From NCBI GenBank assembly GCA_902783765.1, contig CACZSB010000172.1, positions 1 to 38,213 on the forward strand: 38,213 nt of DNA, in the 5' to 3' direction. Below the pieces are notes generated by a model that searched no databases, was not told the DNA's origin, and saw only the letters and a program-made list of their open reading frames with translations. Made by a program: the position numbers and the translations under genes. The stretch is from an uncultured Lachnospiraceae bacterium. GTDB taxonomy: Bacteria > Bacillota > Clostridia > Lachnospirales > Lachnospiraceae. Of this stretch, positions 34,640 to 38,213 are shown piece after piece. Within the stretch, counting starts at the first letter, position 1. Every line of letters starts with the position of its first letter.

Positions 34640-36003
34640 TGGCCAAATCATCCAATACCATCTTTTTCTGCAAGGAATGCGGCTATGAGTCCTCCAAATG
34701 GAGCGGTTTTTGCCCTGCCTGCAGTACGCCTAATAGCATGGTGGAGGCTCCCAAGGCCGGGAGTGGCCGGGGACGCTTAAACAGCGGCAATCCCCTAAGC
34801 CAGGCCCGCCCTGTTTCCTTATCGGAGATCCAAAATGAAAATCAGACCCGCTTTTCCACGGGCTTTGAGGAATTGGACCGGGTGCTGGGCGGAGGACTGC
34901 TGCCCGGTTCGCTGGTGTTGACCGGAGGAGATCCCGGCATCGGCAAATCCACGCTTTTGCTTCAAATGTGTCGGCATATGGCCCTCTCCGGCCGAAAGGT
35001 GCTGTATGTATCTGGCGAAGAATCCCTTTCTCAGCTTAAGCTTCGAGCCGTAAGACTGGGGGAATTTGAAGGGGATCTACGCTTTTTGTGCGAAACCGAC
35101 ATGGATCGCATTCTGGAGATCCTGAAGGAGGAAGTCCCTGCTGTGGCGGTGATCGATTCCATTCAGACCATGGCCGCCCAAAGCGCCGCCTCCGCTCCCG
35201 GCTCTGTGACCCAGGTGCGGGAATGTACCAATATGATTCTGAATACCGCAAAAAGCCTGGGCATCAGCGTCTTTATCGTGGGACATGTAACCAAGGACGG
35301 TGCGGTGGCAGGCCCTAAGCTTTTAGAGCATATGGTGGATACGGTGCTGTATTTTGAAGGAGACCGCCATGCCTCCTACCGGATCCTCCGGGGGGTAAAA
35401 AACCGTTTTGGAGCCTCCGGGGAGATCGCCGTATTTGAAATGCTGGGAAGCGGCCTTAAGGAAATCCCCAATCCTTCCGCTTATATGCTCAGCGGCCGAC
35501 CGGAAAATGCCTCCGGATCCGTGATCAGCTGTATTATGGAGGGCACCAGGCCATTGCTTTTAGAGGTACAGGCGCTGCTGGCCCCCAGTGCCTATGGTCA
35601 GGGCCGGCGCACCGCCACCGGTGTGGATCATAACCGGGTGGCACTGCTGCTGGCTGTGCTGGAAAAAAGGCTGTCCTTGGGTTTATCTGATTTCGATGCC
35701 TTTGTAAATGTTACGGGGGGGCTGAAGCTTTCCGATCCGGCCCTGGACTTGGCGGTGGTAATGGCCCTGTATTCCAGTCACAAAAACAAATCCGTCCCGG
35801 ACAATTTAATGGTTTTCGGCGAGGTGGGGCTTTCGGGAGAAGTCCGCTCCGTACAGCTTGCCAAGGAACGGGTTCAGGAGGCGGCCCGGCTGGGCTTTAC
35901 GGCCTGCCTTTTGCCTAAAAGCTCTTTAAGTGCCGATCTCAATGCCCGAGGTATGAAGCTGATAGGGGTATCCAGTATTCAGGAGGCCGTATCCATATTA
36001 TGA
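34639..36003 (+). CDS. radA: DNA repair protein RadA/Sms
   Basis: The start is moved to the ATG at 34639, which overlaps the clpC TGA by 1 nt. It has the zinc finger 'FFCKECGYESSKWSGFCPAC', Walker A 'GDPGIGKST', 'KNRFG' and a Lon-protease-like C-terminus. Confidence 0.95.
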   Translation: MAKSSNTIFFCKECGYESSKWSGFCPACSTPNSMVEAPKAGSGRGRLNSGNPLSQARPVSLSEIQNENQTRFSTGFEELDRVLGGGLLPGSLVLTGGDPGIGKSTLLLQMCRHMALSGRKVLYVSGEESLSQLKLRAVRLGEFEGDLRFLCETDMDRILEILKEEVPAVAVIDSIQTMAAQSAASAPGSVTQVRECTNMILNTAKSLGISVFIVGHVTKDGAVAGPKLLEHMVDTVLYFEGDRHASYRILRGVKNRFGASGEIAVFEMLGSGLKEIPNPSAYMLSGRPENASGSVISCIMEGTRPLLLEVQALLAPSAYGQGRRTATGVDHNRVALLLAVLEKRLSLGLSDFDAFVNVTGGLKLSDPALDLAVVMALYSSHKNKSVPDNLMVFGEVGLSGEVRSVQLAKERVQEAARLGFTACLLPKSSLSADLNARGMKLIGVSSIQEAVSIL

Positions 36004-36551
36004 GTATTTATACCGACCTTTTTTTGAGCTTTGCCCGGGTGGGCGGCCTCACCTTCGGAGGAGGCTATGCCATGCTACCCATTCTGGAACGGGAAGTGGT
36101 GGATAAAAAAGGCTGGTGTTCCCGGGAGGAGCTGACGGATTATTATGCCATCGGCCAATGTACCCCCGGGGTGATTGCCGTAAATACCGCCACCTTTGTG
36201 GGCAATAAAATGGCAGGGTTTTGGGGTAGCCTGGCGGCCACCCTGGGGGTGGTATTCCCCTCCCTGGTGATCATTGTCCTCATCGCTGCTTTTTTGCAGA
36301 ATTTTGCGGACAATCCCACTGTGATCCATGCCTTTGCGGGGCTGCGGGTGGTGGTGACGATATTGGTGATTAATACGGTCTTTAAATTGCTGGGCAGCAA
36401 TGTTAAGGGCAAAGGCCTGCCGGCCCTGGTATTATTTGCCATTATCCTGATTCTTTCCTTTTTCTTTAAGATTTCCTCAGTTCTTTTGGTGGCGGGGGCC
36501 GCCATCTGGGGACTGTTTTTTAGCTTTCTTCCCGGGAGGACAAAGTCATGA
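36000..36551 (+). CDS. chrA: Chromate-transporter (CHR) family protein, half-size, first of a pair
   Basis: 183 aa and polytopic, with the CHR N-terminal motif 'GGLTFGGGYAMLPIL'. It shares an ATGA overlap with the radA stop. Confidence 0.85.
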   Translation: MSIYTDLFLSFARVGGLTFGGGYAMLPILEREVVDKKGWCSREELTDYYAIGQCTPGVIAVNTATFVGNKMAGFWGSLAATLGVVFPSLVIIVLIAAFLQNFADNPTVIHAFAGLRVVVTILVINTVFKLLGSNVKGKGLPALVLFAIILILSFFFKISSVLLVAGAAIWGLFFSFLPGRTKS

Positions 36552-37117
36552 TTTTACTTAGGCTTTACTGGGAATTCTTTAAAACAGGCTTATTTGCCGT
36601 AGGCGGTGGGTTAGCCACACTTCCCTTCTTGCAGGATATTTCCCAGCGCACGGGCTGGTTCAGTTTAAGCGATTTAACGGATATGATCGCCGTATCCGAA
36701 TCCACCCCCGGTCCTATCGGGGTCAATATGGCCACCTTTGCGGGTTTTCGCACCGCAGGACTTCCCGGGGCTGTGGTGGCCAGTCTGGGACTCATTACCC
36801 CATCTGTGATCATTATTCTGATCGTAGCTGGCTTCTTGAAAAAGTTTAAGGATTCGCCCTATGTGGCGGCGGTTTTTTCCGGTCTCAGACCCGCCTCCAC
36901 CGCGCTGATTGCCGCCGTTTGCCTTTCCCTCTTATTGTCCAACTTCCTGGATCTTTCCGCCTGGCAGGGCCTGAACGCCGGTTCCATGGGCATCTTTAAA
37001 TGGAAGGAGCTTCTTTTGGGAGCCGCCTGCTTTTTGGCCATTCGTCATTGGAAAAAACTGCATCCGGGCTTTTTCCTGCTGGCGGGGGCCGTGGCCGGGA
37101 TCCTCTTGAACCTTTAG
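36548..37117 (+). CDS. chrA: Chromate-transporter (CHR) family protein, half-size, second of a pair
   Basis: 189 aa and polytopic, with 'GLFAVGGGLATLPFL'. It shares an ATGA overlap with the first half-size gene. Confidence 0.85.
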   Translation: MILLRLYWEFFKTGLFAVGGGLATLPFLQDISQRTGWFSLSDLTDMIAVSESTPGPIGVNMATFAGFRTAGLPGAVVASLGLITPSVIIILIVAGFLKKFKDSPYVAAVFSGLRPASTALIAAVCLSLLLSNFLDLSAWQGLNAGSMGIFKWKELLLGAACFLAIRHWKKLHPGFFLLAGAVAGILLNL

Positions 37118-37129
37118 TGAATCTTTTCA

Positions 37130-37158
37130 TTGACAGAGCCCTTTATCTTTGTTATGCT
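37130..37158 (+). promoter_or_regulatory. Predicted promoter for the yhhQ-family gene
   Basis: Consensus TTGACA (37130-37135), a 17-nt spacer, then TATGCT (37153-37158). It begins 13 nt after the chrA stop. Confidence 0.5.
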
Positions 37159-37165
37159 CTCCCCC

Positions 37166-37228
37166 GGCAGTTCGAAACCATCCTGCCAAAGGCTTAGGCC
37201 TTAAAACAAAACTAGGGAGATTAATTTT
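37166..37228 (+). promoter_or_regulatory. Structured 5' leader; possible preQ1-type riboswitch-like element (unverified)
   Basis: Hairpin 1 is GGCAG (37166-70) pairing with CTGCC (37183-87), with the 12-nt loop TTCGAAACCATC. Hairpin 2 is AAGGC (37189-93) pairing with GCCTT (37198-202), with loop TTAG. The tail is AAAACAAAACTAGGGAG, in which CTAG (37212-15) can pair with the TTAG loop next to the SD GGGAG (37215-19). The downstream gene is a queuosine-precursor transporter family member. Confidence 0.3.
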
Positions 37229-37930
37229 ATGAATGAATTGCTTCTGGCGAGCACACTTTTGATTGTGTTCGGCACCACCCTCCTGGTCTTCCGCTTTTTT
37301 GGGAAGACCGGTCTTTATGTCTGGTCTGTGCTGGCCACCGTATTGGCCAATATCGAAGTGCTGATTCTGATTCGGGCCTTTGGCCTGGAGCAGACCCTGG
37401 GGAATGTGCTATTTGCCGTTACTTTTCTTATCACGGATATTTTATCGGAATGCTATGGCAAAAAGGAGGCCAACCGGGCGGTCTGGCTGGGCATCAGCGG
37501 CTCTCTTTTCTTTGTCTTTTTGTCCCAGAGCTGGCTTTTGTACAATCCTTCGGAGAATGATTGGGTCTTTCCCTCCATGGAAACGGTTTTCGCCTCCACC
37601 CCCCGGGTGGTCCTGGCCTCTCTCTTTGTGTACGGTCTTTGCCAGTTCTTTGATGTTTGGCTTTACCACCGCTGGTGGAGCTTTACGGAAAAGCGCTTTG
37701 GCAACAAAAAAAGCCATCTCTGGCTTCGCAATAACGGCTCCACTCTTGTGAGCCAGTTCATCAATACCTGCCTCTTTAACCTGCTGGCCTTCGGCGGGAC
37801 CTACAGCTGGTCCACCCTTCTGTCCATCATTCTTATGGGCTATCTGATCTATGTAGTCACATCCCTTCTGGATACCCCCTTTATTTATCTGGCAAGGAAT
37901 ATGTTTCAGCAGGGGAAAATTAAGGAATAA
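37229..37930 (+). CDS. yhhQ: Queuosine-precursor transporter family protein (YhhQ/COG1738, DUF165)
   Basis: 233 aa and polytopic, with YhhQ-like blocks 'FAVTFLITDILSECYGKKEANRAVW' and 'LRNNGSTLVSQFINTCLFNLLAF'. The GGGAG RBS lies 9 nt upstream. Confidence 0.85.
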   Translation: MNELLLASTLLIVFGTTLLVFRFFGKTGLYVWSVLATVLANIEVLILIRAFGLEQTLGNVLFAVTFLITDILSECYGKKEANRAVWLGISGSLFFVFLSQSWLLYNPSENDWVFPSMETVFASTPRVVLASLFVYGLCQFFDVWLYHRWWSFTEKRFGNKKSHLWLRNNGSTLVSQFINTCLFNLLAFGGTYSWSTLLSIILMGYLIYVVTSLLDTPFIYLARNMFQQGKIKE

Positions 37931-37944
37931 GCAATTATACTGCC

Positions 37945-38213
37945 TTATTCCTTCATCAGCCCCAGGCGGGCGGCCAATCTAAGCATGGCTGCTCCCTTGG
38001 GCAAGGACAGCCATTCCTGACGATTTAGCGCCTTGATGCCAAACAATACAAGGGGATAGACAAGCAGGGCCAGACACAGGCACAGCACAAAGCTCAGACT
38101 GTTTCCCAGTCCCAGGGCCAATAAAGCGTGATACAGGCCAAAGGCCCCCAGGCAGGCAGCCAGGGCTGCCAGGGAAAGCCTAAGGAGCTGCTTACTCTCC
38201 GGCAGCCGGAAAT
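37945..38213 (-). CDS. Partial CDS (C-terminal about 89 codons; begins beyond the window end): hydrophobic membrane protein
   Basis: Hand translation of the minus strand is open from the window end down to the TAA at 37947-37945: ...SLAALAACLGAFGLYHALLALGLGNSLSFVLCLCLALLVYPLVLFGIKALNRQEWLSLPKGAAMLRLAARLGLMKE*. It converges on yhhQ with a 14-nt gap. It is missing from the ORF track because it is truncated. Confidence 0.5.
   Translation of the reverse strand, partial: FRLPESKQLLRLSLAALAACLGAFGLYHALLALGLGNSLSFVLCLCLALLVYPLVLFGIKALNRQEWLSLPKGAAMLRLAARLGLMKE

Noticed and set aside
36000-37117. The two adjacent half-size chrA ORFs as a frameshifted or split pseudogene
   Set aside because: Each ORF has its own CHR N-terminal motif (GGLTFGGGYAMLPIL / FAVGGGLATLPFL) and the two are joined by a clean ATGA overlap. 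Paired short-chain CHR genes are a known natural arrangement.

Overview
This window reads as a densely packed, conserved housekeeping region of a moderately GC-rich Bacillota (Clostridia-like) chromosome, not an accessory island. I support about 40 CDS. From 32112 down to 1, every gene except one (a long Prs-type gene, 4624-5814) lies on the minus strand. In transcription order these are: a membrane-anchored family-5 solute-binding protein, HD 5'-nucleotidase, small membrane protein, plsX-acpP-rnc-smc-ftsY-dnaE-relA, MBL hydrolase-hemZ-like rSAM-hisS, ylxM-ffh-rpsP-KH-rimM-trmD-rplS, lepB-rbgA-lepB-rnhB-yraN, then DUF512 rSAM-der-plsY-SGNH hydrolase. At 32113-32353 transcription switches to the plus strand: clpC-like, radA, two half-size chrA genes and a yhhQ-family transporter. 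I see no rRNA, tRNA, CRISPR array, IS element, transposase, integrase or phage genes, and no long repeats. I did not find a convincing new multi-gene system. The best leads are modest: (1) a structured leader before the yhhQ-type queuosine-precursor transporter, whose A-rich tail and pseudoknot potential resemble preQ1 riboswitches but do not fit the canonical class I fold; (2) an orphan 814-aa membrane-anchored SBP heading the operon that runs into plsX-acpP; (3) a ClpC-position unfoldase with ClpA-like architecture (no M-domain) and no ctsR/mcsAB; (4) a radical-SAM/PDZ gene of unknown function overlapping der; (5) several unusual gene couplings and regulatory hairpins. Promoters, terminators and corrected start codons were read by eye. 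All homology calls rest on motifs recognised in the supplied translations, not on database searches.
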